From Escherichia coli (lineage in GTDB: Bacteria > Pseudomonadota > Gammaproteobacteria > Enterobacterales > Enterobacteriaceae), in NCBI RefSeq assembly GCF_003790525.1, contig NZ_CP033635.1: a DNA stretch of 64,000 bases. The stretch is one strand, 5' to 3'. A model generated the notes under the pieces. The model saw nothing but the letters and a program-made list of their open reading frames with translations. It searched no databases and had not been told where the DNA came from. The position numbers were made by a program, and so were the translations under genes. Below, in pieces: positions 50,284 to 60,560 of this stretch; positions within the stretch are counted from its first letter, which is position 1; each line of letters begins with the position of its first letter.

Positions 50284-51907
50284 TGCTGGTGATCCATTGT
50301 CTGAGAACTTCGGCTACGCGATCGGTGTCGCTCATGGCCAGTTTTTGCAGGAACTCGAGTTTTACTTCGAGGCCGGAACTCTGGGACGGCAGGCTGTCAT
50401 CGCCGGGCAGCGACGGCAGATCGACGTTTTTGCGTTCCTCTTCCGGCATGGCAATCCACGGTTCGCTGACAGCTTCCGGTTCTGGTGTGATAACCGGCGC
50501 ACGTACCGCCGTCAGCCGTTTCATTACCGGGCGCACCACAAAGAACAGCAACAACAGCGCCAGCAGGCCGCAGCCAATCAGCCGCACCCAGGCCAGCACG
50601 CTGTCGTCTTTCCACAGCGGAATAATTGGTTCGACCGGCACCGCCTGCGGCACAAAGTTAAGCAGCGATAAGGTGAGATTGTCACCGCGCTGGACGTCGA
50701 TCCCGGCGGCATTGTTCAGCAACGCGGTCAGTTGCGTGGTCTGCTCCGGCTTCCAGTTTTTCAGCGCCGGAGCGTTTTGATTGAGCACCACCGCCACGTT
50801 AAGGCGTTTCACCGCAAAGCCGGGATGCTGAATATGCTGGACGCTGCGGTCGTAAGAGTAATCGCGCTTGCTTTCGCTGTGTTTCGAAAGGGCTTCCGGC
50901 GAGCGGTTTTCTTCCGTACCGTTGGTCATCTGATTCGCTGCAATCGGCGGACGGTTACTGAGCGAACCGGGCACACCCATCGCCACCTGATTGGTATCGC
51001 TGTCCAGCACGTTTTCTTCGCGGTTGATTTTCGGCGCGTCGCCGTAGTGTTCCTGAGTTTCATCGATATTACTGAGGTCGAGATCCGGCATGACGCTGAC
51101 GCGGTAATTCCCGCTGCCGACCAGCGAATCCAGCACGTTCGCCACGCTGGCGCGGGTTTTGTCCTGAATATCTTTGAGGATCTGATCGCGTTTACGGGTA
51201 GCGGCTGAAACCGCTTCGCCCGCGCCAATGCCGTCGGTCAGCAGATTTCCCGCCTGATCGACGACGCTAACTTTGCTGGCGTGCAGCCCCGGAATGCTGC
51301 CGGAAACCAGATGCACAATGGCGTTCACCTGGTCCATATTCAGCTTCGCGCCGTAATGCAGACGCACCACCACCGAGGCGCTGTTTTGCGGCTCATCGCT
51401 GACCACAAACGAGCTCTCTTCGTTGAGCGCCAGATGCACCCGCGCGCTCTCCACCGCGTCCAGCGACATAATGCTCTGCGCCAGCTCCCCTTCGAGGCTG
51501 CGTTTGTAGCGCACGTTCTGCACGAACTGGCTGCTGCCGAGCACTTCGTCTTTGTCCATCAGCTCGTAGCCGCTGGGCAAGATCGCCTGCACGCCTTTCG
51601 CGGCAAGGGTCATACGCGTTTTCGACAGTTCATCTTCCGGCACCAGAATCTGCCCGCTTTGCGGGTCGATGCGGTAGCTGAGCTTTTCGCCGTCCAGCAC
51701 GGTGACAATCTGCGACACGGGCAGATTTTCCTGGCGTCCGTAGAGCGAGACGTAGCCGCGATTACCGGTCCACAGTACGCTGACGATAATTGCCGTCGCC
51801 GCAACGGCAAGCCCCACTCCCGCCATCAATGCCCAGCGTTTGTTATCTGCAAGACGCAGTCGAAACGCCGGAAACGCCTGGGTTAACTTCTTTATTTGTG
51901 CATTCAT
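50261..51907 (-). CDS. lfiF: Flagellar MS-ring protein (FliF homolog)
   Basis: 548 aa with N-terminal and C-terminal transmembrane segments and FliF-like periplasmic domain. Confidence 0.9.
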   Translation of the reverse strand: MNAQIKKLTQAFPAFRLRLADNKRWALMAGVGLAVAATAIIVSVLWTGNRGYVSLYGRQENLPVSQIVTVLDGEKLSYRIDPQSGQILVPEDELSKTRMTLAAKGVQAILPSGYELMDKDEVLGSSQFVQNVRYKRSLEGELAQSIMSLDAVESARVHLALNEESSFVVSDEPQNSASVVVRLHYGAKLNMDQVNAIVHLVSGSIPGLHASKVSVVDQAGNLLTDGIGAGEAVSAATRKRDQILKDIQDKTRASVANVLDSLVGSGNYRVSVMPDLDLSNIDETQEHYGDAPKINREENVLDSDTNQVAMGVPGSLSNRPPIAANQMTNGTEENRSPEALSKHSESKRDYSYDRSVQHIQHPGFAVKRLNVAVVLNQNAPALKNWKPEQTTQLTALLNNAAGIDVQRGDNLTLSLLNFVPQAVPVEPIIPLWKDDSVLAWVRLIGCGLLALLLLFFVVRPVMKRLTAVRAPVITPEPEAVSEPWIAMPEEERKNVDLPSLPGDDSLPSQSSGLEVKLEFLQKLAMSDTDRVAEVLRQWITSNERIDNK

Positions 51908-51911
51908 AGGG

Positions 51912-52253
51912 TTAGATCGACATACTCATCAGATCGTTAAATCCGGTGGCGATTTTGTTGCGCACCTGCACCAGCGCGGAGAAAGAGAGCGACGCCTGCT
52001 GGCTGGCGATCATCGCCCCGGCGAGGTCATCACTTTTGCCCGTGTCGACAGCCGTTTGCTGCTGCTCCGCCACCTGCTGGAACTGGTCAACGTGACCGAG
52101 CGCGCCGGACATAATACGGTTAAACGACACGTCCGGGTCGGTGGAACTGAAGGTCATGGCGGGTAGCACTGGCGCCTGGGCGTTGGCCTGCATCCGCTGC
52201 ACGTCCTGCATAATTTGCGCCTGCATGGTGCTGTTGATTGTGGTAATGCTCAT
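51912..52253 (-). CDS. lfiE: Flagellar hook-basal body protein (FliE homolog)
   Basis: 113 aa with FliE-like C-terminus (…ASLSFSALVQVRNKIATGFNDLMSMSI). Confidence 0.85.
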   Translation of the reverse strand: MSITTINSTMQAQIMQDVQRMQANAQAPVLPAMTFSSTDPDVSFNRIMSGALGHVDQFQQVAEQQQTAVDTGKSDDLAGAMIASQQASLSFSALVQVRNKIATGFNDLMSMSI

Positions 52254-52267
52254 TTTTAACTTCCGGG

Positions 52268-53254
52268 TCAGGAGAAAACTTCGATACCGTGCTTGCGCAT
52301 GGAGGCCAGTCGATAGCGCAGTGCGCGCGGGGTAATGCCTAACAGGTCAGCGATTTTGCTGCGGTTGCCCTGATATTTACGCATCAGGTCGGCGATATAT
52401 TGATACTGCGCGCTTCGTCCGTGCTGGCCTAAATCGCCGGTTTCGGCAATGTGGACGGCGGGCTGAACAGGCCATTGCAGTTCACTGTGGTCAGCAATAT
52501 CGGTGTCCGGCAGGCCTAATGCATCCGGGTAAATTACGCCGTCGCGATTTAAAATCATTCCCCGCTGAATGGCGTTTTCCAGTTGGCGAACGTTACCGGG
52601 CCAACGGTAATTGAGCAGCGCACGGCGGGTGGATTCGGACAGGGTGATATTTTTCACCAGCACCGTGGAGTATTTTTTAATAAATGACTCTGCCAGCGGA
52701 ATAATATCGTTCAGACGTTCACGCAGCGGCGGCATGGTAATAGGAATCACCGCCAGACGATAATAGAGATCTTCACGAAAACGTCCGGCGGCAACTTCCT
52801 GCTCCAGGTTTTTATTGGTGCAGGCAATCAGGCGAAAATTGAGTTTGATTTGTCGGTTGCTGCCTAATCGCTCAACCTGTTGTTCCTGCAACACGCGTAA
52901 TATTTTGGCCTGTAGCGCCAGCGGCATTTCACCAATTTCATCGAGCAATAAGGAGCCGTTATTTGCCAGTTCCATTTTTCCTGGCACGCTGGCAATTGCG
53001 CCGGTAAATGCGCCTTTGTCGTAGCCAAATAACGTCGATTCCAGCATATTTTCCGGGATCGCCGCGCAGTTCACGCCGATATAGGGCGCATTATCATTTT
53101 CACCAAAGGCTACGGTGTGAATATATTTCGCCACGCACTCTTTCCCCGCGCCGGTTTCGCCCTGAATGAGCACCGGCACGTTAAAGGCGGCGACACGCTT
53201 TGCCAGAGTAAAAGCGTTAATGCTGGAAGCGGCAGTTGCAATAAGTTCAGACAT
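52268..53254 (-). CDS. lafK: Sigma-54-dependent transcriptional activator of lateral flagella (AAA+ domain plus C-terminal HTH, no N-terminal receiver domain)
   Basis: 328 aa; Walker A GETGAGKE at residues ~30-40, GAFTGA sigma-54 contact motif, C-terminal Fis-type HTH (SKIADLLGITPRALRYRLAS). No coding potential upstream for a receiver domain. Confidence 0.9.
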   Translation of the reverse strand: MSELIATAASSINAFTLAKRVAAFNVPVLIQGETGAGKECVAKYIHTVAFGENDNAPYIGVNCAAIPENMLESTLFGYDKGAFTGAIASVPGKMELANNGSLLLDEIGEMPLALQAKILRVLQEQQVERLGSNRQIKLNFRLIACTNKNLEQEVAAGRFREDLYYRLAVIPITMPPLRERLNDIIPLAESFIKKYSTVLVKNITLSESTRRALLNYRWPGNVRQLENAIQRGMILNRDGVIYPDALGLPDTDIADHSELQWPVQPAVHIAETGDLGQHGRSAQYQYIADLMRKYQGNRSKIADLLGITPRALRYRLASMRKHGIEVFS

Positions 53255-53407
53255 AGGGTGAACAATATAAGTAGCGACAATAATCAGGATGTTCTGAAGC
53301 GTATCACCGGCGGGATTAACAAGTTCGAATTAAACGATAATAAAAACATTATTTGATGGTAAACAATTAGTTAGATATTAATACTGTTAATTTGGACATC
53401 TGTGATG

Positions 53408-53446
53408 CCCCCTCACCCTAACCCTCTCCCCGGATGGGGCGAGGGG
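53408..53446. repeat. GC-rich palindromic intergenic repeat (boxC-like), single copy
   Basis: CCCCCTCACCCTAACCCTCTCCCCGGATGGGGCGAGGGG between divergent lafK and lfiM. Confidence 0.4.
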
Positions 53447-53626
53447 ACAGACCGCAGACTGATTGGCGAAAATCACTCCCATTAAGCAATTAATCGATTA
53501 ATTATTTTTTCACCCTATTAATAATTTGCCCCTTTCACTCCCCCTCTATTTAATACCTCACCTTGTGTCACAGCCGGATTTGCGTGCACAGAAACACCCA
53601 TACCATTACAGCAGAGAAAGTAAGCC

Positions 53627-54478
53627 ATGCTGAAGTACAGTAAAACGCCAGGCATCTTTAAATTAGAAGGTAATCGGCTCGGACGCCCCTACCATCGCCT
53701 GCCGACCCTGTTTACGGGGAATTTTGACGTGATTGATTCGCATCTTGGCAGCTACTTTCTCAAAAAGCATCGCAGCAATATCACCTTAAAAAAGATTGGC
53801 TGCGAAATGGATATTATTAATAAAAACGCCGAACTGATGGTTTCCCAGGTCGGGCATCTGGCGTTTGATATTGATCGCTCCTTATTGTTAATGCTGCTGG
53901 GCAATTTTTATGGTCTGGAGTCCTCTCTTGAAGAGGCGAAAGCGCATAACGGGCTGCCGACCAAAACCGAAACTCGTTTAAAAAACCGACTCGCGCTGGA
54001 TATCTGCACGCTGATATTTAATCTGCAAACCTCCGGTATTGCGCTGAAATTAAAACTGGACAGCAGCACGGTGATTACCCACTGGGCGTATCAATTAACC
54101 TTTACCCTTGCGGGCGATGAAGAGAGCAGTTTCCGTATTTTGCTCGACGACGCCCACACCGATTTTATTTTGAATCTGATCCGCCACAGCGAGCACAGTA
54201 AACCGCAGCAGGTGGCGAAATCCGTTAATAAACCGGCCCTGATTAAAGAAATCATCCGCTCCCTGCCGCTGACCCTGAACGTCAAAATCGCCGAGCTATC
54301 GATGAATGTCGCCGATCTGGCGCAGATAAAAGCCGGGGATATTTTACCCATCTCGCTGGGAGAAACGTTCCCGGTGGCGATTGGGCAATCTGAATTATTT
54401 AGCGCCCTGATTGTGGAAGACAAAGACAAACTGTTTTTGTCGGAGCTGGCGGGCAAGAATGAGAATAGCCATGAGTAA
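53627..54478 (+). CDS. lfiM: Flagellar switch protein (FliM homolog)
   Basis: 283 aa with C-terminal SpoA-like segment (LAQIKAGDILPISLGE). Confidence 0.85.
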   Translation: MLKYSKTPGIFKLEGNRLGRPYHRLPTLFTGNFDVIDSHLGSYFLKKHRSNITLKKIGCEMDIINKNAELMVSQVGHLAFDIDRSLLLMLLGNFYGLESSLEEAKAHNGLPTKTETRLKNRLALDICTLIFNLQTSGIALKLKLDSSTVITHWAYQLTFTLAGDEESSFRILLDDAHTDFILNLIRHSEHSKPQQVAKSVNKPALIKEIIRSLPLTLNVKIAELSMNVADLAQIKAGDILPISLGETFPVAIGQSELFSALIVEDKDKLFLSELAGKNENSHE

Positions 54479-54842
54479 ACAAGACGATATTTTAGCCGGG
54501 GATTTTGGCCTCGCCGATGAAGTTGCGCCTGTCACGAAATCCGCCGACGCCGAAACGCTGGTCACCCGCCTGGAAGACCGCTTTTCCGACTCGATGACGC
54601 TGCTGAAACGCATTCCGGTGACCTTAACGCTGGAAGTGTCGTCGGTGGAAATTATGTTAGCCGACCTGCTTAACATCGACGACGACACGGTGATTGAGCT
54701 GGATAAGCTCGCCGGGGAGCCGCTGGATATCAAAGTGAACAATATCCTGCTGGGCAAAGCGGAAGTGGTGGTGGTCAACGAGAAGTACGGCCTGCGCGTG
54801 CTGGAGTTTAACACCCGCGATATCAACGACCTGGCACCATGA
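54471..54842 (+). CDS. lfiN: Flagellar switch protein (FliN homolog)
   Basis: Translation from MSKQDDILAGDFG... with SpoA domain (…LGKAEVVVVNEKYGLRVLE); ATG overlaps the lfiM stop. Confidence 0.85.
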   Translation: MSKQDDILAGDFGLADEVAPVTKSADAETLVTRLEDRFSDSMTLLKRIPVTLTLEVSSVEIMLADLLNIDDDTVIELDKLAGEPLDIKVNNILLGKAEVVVVNEKYGLRVLEFNTRDINDLAP

Positions 54843-55591
54843 AACGCCGCACTCAACTGGCGCTGGGCCTTGGGCTGCTGGCGCTTGCGCCGCTGGCGTT
54901 GGCCCAGGGTGGCGATATTGCGCTACTTAACGTGGTGACCCACGGCAACACTCAGGAGTACAGCGTCAAAATTCAGGTACTGATTCTGATGACCCTCGTC
55001 GGTTTGCTGCCGACGATGGTGCTGATGATGACCTGCTTTACGCGCTTTATTATCGTGCTGTCGCTGCTGCGCCAGGCGCTGGGGCTGCAACAAACGCCGC
55101 CAAACCGCATTCTGATTGGTATTGCGCTCTCACTCACTATGCTGGTGATGCGCCCTGTCTGGCTCAATATTTACGACCACGCGGTAGTGCCGTTTGAAAA
55201 CGATCAGATTACCCTGACCGATGCGTTAAGCACCGCCGCGACGCCGCTAAAACGCTTTATGCTGGCGCAGACCGACAAAAAAGCGATGGCGCAAATCATG
55301 ACCATCGGCGGCGCGAAGGGCAATGCCGCCGACCAGGATCTCACGATTGTGGTGCCCGCCTATGTGTTGAGCGAGCTGAAAACCGCTTTCCAGATTGGCT
55401 TTATGATTTACATCCCGTTTCTGGTTATCGACCTGATTGTCGCAAGCGTACTGATGGCGATGGGGATGATGATGCTGTCGCCGCTGATTGTTTCGCTGCC
55501 CTTTAAACTGATGCTGTTTGTGCTGATCGACGGCTGGTCGCTGACCATCGGCACGCTCACCACCAGCATTCGCGGGCTGGGGCTGGGCTGA
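54839..55591 (+). CDS. lfiP: Flagellar export apparatus protein (FliP homolog)
   Basis: 250 aa with signal peptide and FliP-like membrane core; ATGA overlap with lfiN. Confidence 0.9.
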   Translation: MKRRTQLALGLGLLALAPLALAQGGDIALLNVVTHGNTQEYSVKIQVLILMTLVGLLPTMVLMMTCFTRFIIVLSLLRQALGLQQTPPNRILIGIALSLTMLVMRPVWLNIYDHAVVPFENDQITLTDALSTAATPLKRFMLAQTDKKAMAQIMTIGGAKGNAADQDLTIVVPAYVLSELKTAFQIGFMIYIPFLVIDLIVASVLMAMGMMMLSPLIVSLPFKLMLFVLIDGWSLTIGTLTTSIRGLGLG

Positions 55592-55593
55592 TT

Positions 55594-55866
55594 ATGTTGA
55601 CCGTAGACGTAGCCGCCGACATTGTCGCCAGTGGCATAAAAGTGGTGATTTTGCTGGTTTCGGTGCTGGTGGTGCCAAGCCTGCTGGTCGGCCTGCTGGT
55701 GAGCGTGTTCCAGGCGGTGACGCAGATTAACGAACAGACCCTGAGCTTTTTGCCGAGGCTGATTGTCACGCTGGTGGTGCTGGGGGTGTGCGGCAAATGG
55801 ATGATTATCCAGTTGCATGATCTCTGCATTCATCTGTTTAGTCAGGCCGCCCTGCTGGTGCATTAA
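55594..55866 (+). CDS. lfiQ: Flagellar export apparatus protein (FliQ homolog)
   Basis: 90-aa two-helix membrane protein, FliQ-like. Confidence 0.9.
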   Translation: MLTVDVAADIVASGIKVVILLVSVLVVPSLLVGLLVSVFQAVTQINEQTLSFLPRLIVTLVVLGVCGKWMIIQLHDLCIHLFSQAALLVH

Positions 55867-55867
55867 G

Positions 55868-56650
55868 ATGCGCACAAGCGACGTTACGCAACTGACGGAT
55901 TTGGCGCTGGGGCTGTGGTTTCCCTTCGTGCGCATTATGGCGTTTCTGCGCTATGTGCCGGTGCTGGATAACAGCGCCCTGACCGTGCGTGTGCGGATTA
56001 TTTTGTCGCTGGCGCTGGCAATCATCATCACGCCGTTAATTCCGCATCCCATTCCCCACGATCTGCTATCGCTCAACAGTCTGATCCTGACGGTGGAGCA
56101 AATTTTATGGGGCATGTTATTCGGATTGATGTTTCAGTTTCTGTTTCTGGCGCTGCAACTCGCCGGGCAAATTCTCTCGTTCAATATGGGGATGAGCATG
56201 GCGGTGATGAACGACCCAAGCAGCGGCGCATCGACCACCGTGCTGGCGGAGTTAATTAACGTCTATGCGATCCTGCTGTTTTTTGCCATGGACGGGCATC
56301 TGCTGCTGGTAAGCGTGCTGTATAAGGGTTTCACCTACTGGCCGATTGGCAACGCGCTGCATCCGCAAACCCTGCGCACCATCGCGCTGGCCTTTAGCTG
56401 GGTGCTGGCGTCCGCATCACTGCTGGCGCTGCCGACCACTTTTATCATGCTGATTGTGCAGGGCTGCTTTGGCCTGCTTAACCGCATTGCGCCGCCGCTG
56501 AACCTTTTTTCGCTCGGCTTTCCCATCAACATGCTGGCGGGGCTGGTTTGCTTCGCCACCCTGCTCTACAACCTGCCGGATCACTATCTGCATCTGGCGA
56601 ATTTTGTGTTGCAGCAACTCGACGCGCTGAAAGGTCACTATGGCGGATAG
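55868..56650 (+). CDS. lfiR: Flagellar export apparatus protein (FliR homolog)
   Basis: Multi-pass membrane protein; start at ATG 55868 just after the lfiQ stop. Confidence 0.85.
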   Translation: MRTSDVTQLTDLALGLWFPFVRIMAFLRYVPVLDNSALTVRVRIILSLALAIIITPLIPHPIPHDLLSLNSLILTVEQILWGMLFGLMFQFLFLALQLAGQILSFNMGMSMAVMNDPSSGASTTVLAELINVYAILLFFAMDGHLLLVSVLYKGFTYWPIGNALHPQTLRTIALAFSWVLASASLLALPTTFIMLIVQGCFGLLNRIAPPLNLFSLGFPINMLAGLVCFATLLYNLPDHYLHLANFVLQQLDALKGHYGG

Positions 56651-57779
56651 CAGCAGCGAAGAAAAAACAGAGAAACCCTCGGCGCAAAAGCTGCGTAAAG
56701 CGCGTGAAGAGGGGCAACTGCCGCGCTCGAAGGATATGGGGCTGGCGGCGAGCCTGTTTGCGGCGTTTGTGGTGATCTCCAGCAGCTTCCCGTGGTATGC
56801 CGATTTTGTGCGTGAGAGTTTTATCAGCGTGCATCAGTACGCGCAGGAGATTAATAACCCGGATGTGATCGGCCAGTTTCTGCGCCATCACCTGTTAATT
56901 CTCGGCAAGTTTATTCTTACCTTGCTGCCGATGCCCGCCGCCGCACTGCTCTCCTCGCTGGTGCCTGGCGGCTGGCTGTTTCTGCCGAAAAAAATCCTCC
57001 CTGATTTCAGCAAAATTAGCCCGTTAAAAGGGATTGGGCGACTGTTTTCCAGTGAGCATCTGGCGGAAACGGGAAAGATGACAGTGAAGTCGGTGGTGGT
57101 GCTGGTGATGCTGTGGGTAAGCCTGCGCAATAACTTTGCCGCCTTTCTCGGCCTGCAGGCGCTGCCGTTCAAACTGGCAATTAACGATGGTTTATCGCTC
57201 TACGCCAGCGTGATGCGCAACTTTGTCATCCTGTTTATCTTCTTTGCGCTTATCGACGTGCCGCTGGCGAAAGCCCTGTTTACCAAAGGGCTGAAGATGA
57301 CCAAGCAGGAGCTGAAAGAAGAGTACAAAAATCAGGAAGGCAAGCCGGAAGTGAAGGCGCGCGTGCGACGGCTGCAACGGCAGCTGGCGATGGGGCAAAT
57401 CCGCAAAGTGGTGCCGAAAGCCAACGTGGTGATCACCAACCCGACCCACTACGCCGTGGCGTTGCAGTATGACCAGTCTCGCGCCGCCGCGCCGTTTGTG
57501 GTGGCAAAAGGCACCGATGAAATCGCCCTCTATATTCGCCAGGTCGCCGCTGAGAATCAGGTGGAAGTGGTCGAGTTCCCGCGGCTGGCGCGCTCGGTTT
57601 ACTACACCACGCAGGTGAACCAACAAATTCCGTTTCAGCTTTACCGGGCCATCGCCCACGTTCTGACCTACGTCCTACAAATGAAACACTGGCGCGAGGG
57701 CGCACAGCCGCGCCCGGCCCTGAACAGACATATTTCCATTCCCAAAGAGGTGCTTAAACTGGATGGCGAAAACAACTAA
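56640..57779 (+). CDS. lfhB: Flagellar export apparatus protein (FlhB homolog)
   Basis: 379 aa with the NPTH autocleavage motif (VITNPTHYAVAL). Confidence 0.9.
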   Translation: MADSSSEEKTEKPSAQKLRKAREEGQLPRSKDMGLAASLFAAFVVISSSFPWYADFVRESFISVHQYAQEINNPDVIGQFLRHHLLILGKFILTLLPMPAAALLSSLVPGGWLFLPKKILPDFSKISPLKGIGRLFSSEHLAETGKMTVKSVVVLVMLWVSLRNNFAAFLGLQALPFKLAINDGLSLYASVMRNFVILFIFFALIDVPLAKALFTKGLKMTKQELKEEYKNQEGKPEVKARVRRLQRQLAMGQIRKVVPKANVVITNPTHYAVALQYDQSRAAAPFVVAKGTDEIALYIRQVAAENQVEVVEFPRLARSVYYTTQVNQQIPFQLYRAIAHVLTYVLQMKHWREGAQPRPALNRHISIPKEVLKLDGENN

Positions 57780-59856
57780 ATCGTTCCTCGCGCTGCTGCG
57801 CGGCGGCAATCTCGGCGTGCCGCTGGTAATACTGTGTATTCTGGCGATGGTTATTCTGCCGCTGCCGCCTGCGCTGCTGGATATTCTGTTCACCTTCAAC
57901 ATTGTGCTGGCGGTGATGGTGCTGCTGGTGGCGGTGTCGGCGAAAAGGCCGCTGGAATTCAGCCTGTTCCCGACCATTTTGCTGATCACCACTTTAATGC
58001 GCCTGACGCTCAACGTCGCCTCCACGCGCGTGGTGCTGTTACACGGGCATCTCGGCGCGGGCGCGGCGGGTAAGGTAATTGAGTCGTTTGGTCAGGTGGT
58101 GATTGGCGGCAACTTTGTCGTCGGTTTCGTGGTGTTTATCATCCTGATGATCATCAACTTTATCGTCGTCACCAAAGGGGCCGAGCGTATTTCCGAGGTT
58201 TCTGCCCGCTTTACCCTGGACGCGATGCCCGGTAAACAGATGGCGATTGACGCCGATCTTAACGCCGGATTGATCAACCAGGCGCAGGCACAAACCCGGC
58301 GTAAAGATGTTGCCAGCGAGGCCGATTTCTACGGCGCAATGGACGGGGCATCGAAGTTTGTGCGCGGCGATGCCATCGCCGGGATGATGATTCTGGCGAT
58401 CAACCTGATCGGCGGCGTCTGTATCGGGATCTTCAAATACAACCTGAGCGCCGACGCCGCCTTCCAGCAATATGTGCTGATGACTATCGGCGACGGGCTG
58501 GTGGCGCAGATCCCGTCCCTGCTGCTCTCCACCGCGGCGGCAATTATCGTCACCCGCGTCAGCGACAACGGCGATATCGCCCATGACGTGCGCCACCAGC
58601 TGCTGGCAAGTCCGTCGGTGCTCTACACCGCCACCGGGATCATGTTTGTGCTGGCGGTGGTGCCGGGGATGCCGCATCTGCCATTTTTGCTGTTCAGCGC
58701 CCTGCTTGGCTTTACCGGCTGGCGGATGAGCAAACGCCCGCAGGCGGCGGAGGCGGAGGAGAAAAGCCTCGAAACGCTGACCCGAACCATCACCGAAACC
58801 AGCGAGCAACAGGTCAGTTGGGAAACCATTCCGCTGATCGAGCCCATCAGCTTAAGCCTCGGCTACAAGCTGGTGGCGCTGGTGGACAAAGCGCAGGGGA
58901 ACCCGCTCACCCAGCGGATTCGCGGCGTGCGGCAGGTGATATCCGACGGTAACGGCGTGCTGCTGCCGGAGATCCGTATTCGGGAAAACTTCCGTCTCAA
59001 GCCCAGCCAGTACGCCATTTTCATCAACGGCATTAAGGCTGATGAAGCGGATATTCCGGCGGATAAACTGATGGCCCTGCCCTCCAGCGAAACCTACGGC
59101 GAGATTGACGGCGTACTGGGGAATGACCCGGCATATGGGATGCCGGTCACCTGGATTCAGCCTGCGCAGAAAGCGAAGGCGCTGAATATGGGGTATCAGG
59201 TGATCGACAGCGCCAGCGTGATTGCTACCCATGTAAATAAGATTGTGCGCAGCTATATTCCTGATTTATTTAACTATGACGATATTACGCAGTTGCATAA
59301 TCGTTTGTCGTCGATGGCACCGCGACTGGCGGAAGACTTAAGCGCGGCGCTCAATTACAGCCAGTTGCTGAAAGTGTATCGCGCGCTGCTGACCGAAGGC
59401 GTTTCCCTGCGCGATATCGTCACCATCGCCACCGTGCTGGTCGCCAGTAGTGCGGTGACTAAAGATCATATCCTGCTGGCGGCCGATGTGCGCCTGGCGC
59501 TGCGGCGCAGTATCACCCATCCGTTCGTTCGCAAGCAGGAGCTGACGGTGTATACGCTGAATAATGAGCTGGAAAATCTGCTGACCAACGTGGTGAATCA
59601 GGCGCAACAGGCCGGCAAAGTGATGCTCGACAGCGTGCCGGTGGACCCGAATATGCTTAACCAGTTCCAGAACACGATGCCGCAAGTGAAGGAGCAGATG
59701 AAAGCGGCGGGGAAAGACCCTGTGCTGCTGGTGCCACCGCAGTTGCGCCCTTTGCTGGCGCGCTATGCGAGATTGTTTGCGCCGGGGCTGCATGTGCTGT
59801 CGTATAACGAAGTGCCGGACGAGCTGGAGTTGAAGATTATGGGGGCGTTGATGTAG
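57763..59856 (+). CDS. lfhA: Flagellar export apparatus protein (FlhA homolog), full length
   Basis: 697 aa with N-terminal membrane domain and FlhA cytoplasmic domain. Confidence 0.95.
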   Translation: MAKTTKSFLALLRGGNLGVPLVILCILAMVILPLPPALLDILFTFNIVLAVMVLLVAVSAKRPLEFSLFPTILLITTLMRLTLNVASTRVVLLHGHLGAGAAGKVIESFGQVVIGGNFVVGFVVFIILMIINFIVVTKGAERISEVSARFTLDAMPGKQMAIDADLNAGLINQAQAQTRRKDVASEADFYGAMDGASKFVRGDAIAGMMILAINLIGGVCIGIFKYNLSADAAFQQYVLMTIGDGLVAQIPSLLLSTAAAIIVTRVSDNGDIAHDVRHQLLASPSVLYTATGIMFVLAVVPGMPHLPFLLFSALLGFTGWRMSKRPQAAEAEEKSLETLTRTITETSEQQVSWETIPLIEPISLSLGYKLVALVDKAQGNPLTQRIRGVRQVISDGNGVLLPEIRIRENFRLKPSQYAIFINGIKADEADIPADKLMALPSSETYGEIDGVLGNDPAYGMPVTWIQPAQKAKALNMGYQVIDSASVIATHVNKIVRSYIPDLFNYDDITQLHNRLSSMAPRLAEDLSAALNYSQLLKVYRALLTEGVSLRDIVTIATVLVASSAVTKDHILLAADVRLALRRSITHPFVRKQELTVYTLNNELENLLTNVVNQAQQAGKVMLDSVPVDPNMLNQFQNTMPQVKEQMKAAGKDPVLLVPPQLRPLLARYARLFAPGLHVLSYNEVPDELELKIMGALM

Positions 59857-59967
59857 GTATCCGGCATCTGCGCACAACCGCCGGATGCGGCGTGAACGCC
59901 TTATCCGGCCTACCGTTCAGGCACGATTCGTAGGCTAAGCGTAAGCGCATCCGGCATCGGCGCGCAA
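59855..59967. repeat. BIME (three REP palindromes) between lfhA and rayT
   Basis: GTAGGTATCCGGCATCTGCGCACA, CCGGATGCGGCGTGAACGCCTTATCCGGCCTAC, CGTAGGCTAAGCGTAAGCGCATCCGGCATCGG. Confidence 0.6.
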
Positions 59968-60465
59968 TTATACAATGATACGCTCCCCGGCACTAAAATC
60001 CGTTACGTCCCCCGCCCAATCGATGGGATATAACCCCTTCGCGACATCGCGATGAAACGTTGAGAATGGCCAATCACTCACTTGCTTTACCCAGCCATGT
60101 TTTACTGGATTTATATAAATATAATCAACATGATGGCGATAGTCTTTGGTATTGCGGATGGCGTGCTCCCAAAAACGCGGTTGCCAGATATTTTGCAATC
60201 CACAAGCATGGGTGAACTGTTTTTTAATCTCCCGCCAGCGAGAGGAAAAATCATCATCGCTTTCGGGTAATGTCCAGATACAGTGCATATGCTCCGGCAA
60301 AACTACCCAGGCGTTAATTTCAAAAGGTCTGGCTCGCTTAACGTTAATAATGACTTTACGGAGCATCTGGAACTGAGCGGTCAGAAGATGGCTTCGACGA
60401 TTTCGTAGGTTAACCGTGAAAAACCAGGTTCCCCCTTTGATGTAATAACGACGATATTCAGACAT
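59968..60465 (-). CDS. rayT: REP-associated tyrosine transposase (RayT/TnpA-REP)
   Basis: 165-aa translation MSEYRRYYIKGGTWFFTVNLRNRR...VVLPEHMHCIWTLPE... with the HuH motif (PEHMHCIW); flanked by REP elements on both sides. Confidence 0.85.
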   Translation of the reverse strand: MSEYRRYYIKGGTWFFTVNLRNRRSHLLTAQFQMLRKVIINVKRARPFEINAWVVLPEHMHCIWTLPESDDDFSSRWREIKKQFTHACGLQNIWQPRFWEHAIRNTKDYRHHVDYIYINPVKHGWVKQVSDWPFSTFHRDVAKGLYPIDWAGDVTDFSAGERIIV

Positions 60466-60560
60466 GGCGACTCCTTTTTCTCAACGGTAAGAAGAAAAGG
60501 AAAGGTCGGCAATGAGGTGATGGAATAACGGGAAAGCGGCTCGCATAAACGCACAGATTT

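Noticed and set aside
53560-53590. Possible sigma-54 promoter upstream of lfiM (TGTCACagccggATTTGC)
   Set aside because: The -24 element has GT instead of the invariant GG and the spacing to the -12-like TTGC is off by one; does not meet the strict sigma-54 geometry.
53255-53626. Possible frameshifted N-terminal receiver exon of lafK
   Set aside because: No minus-strand open frame of any length upstream of the lafK start; the region is a repeat plus AT-rich spacer shared with the divergent lfiM promoter.
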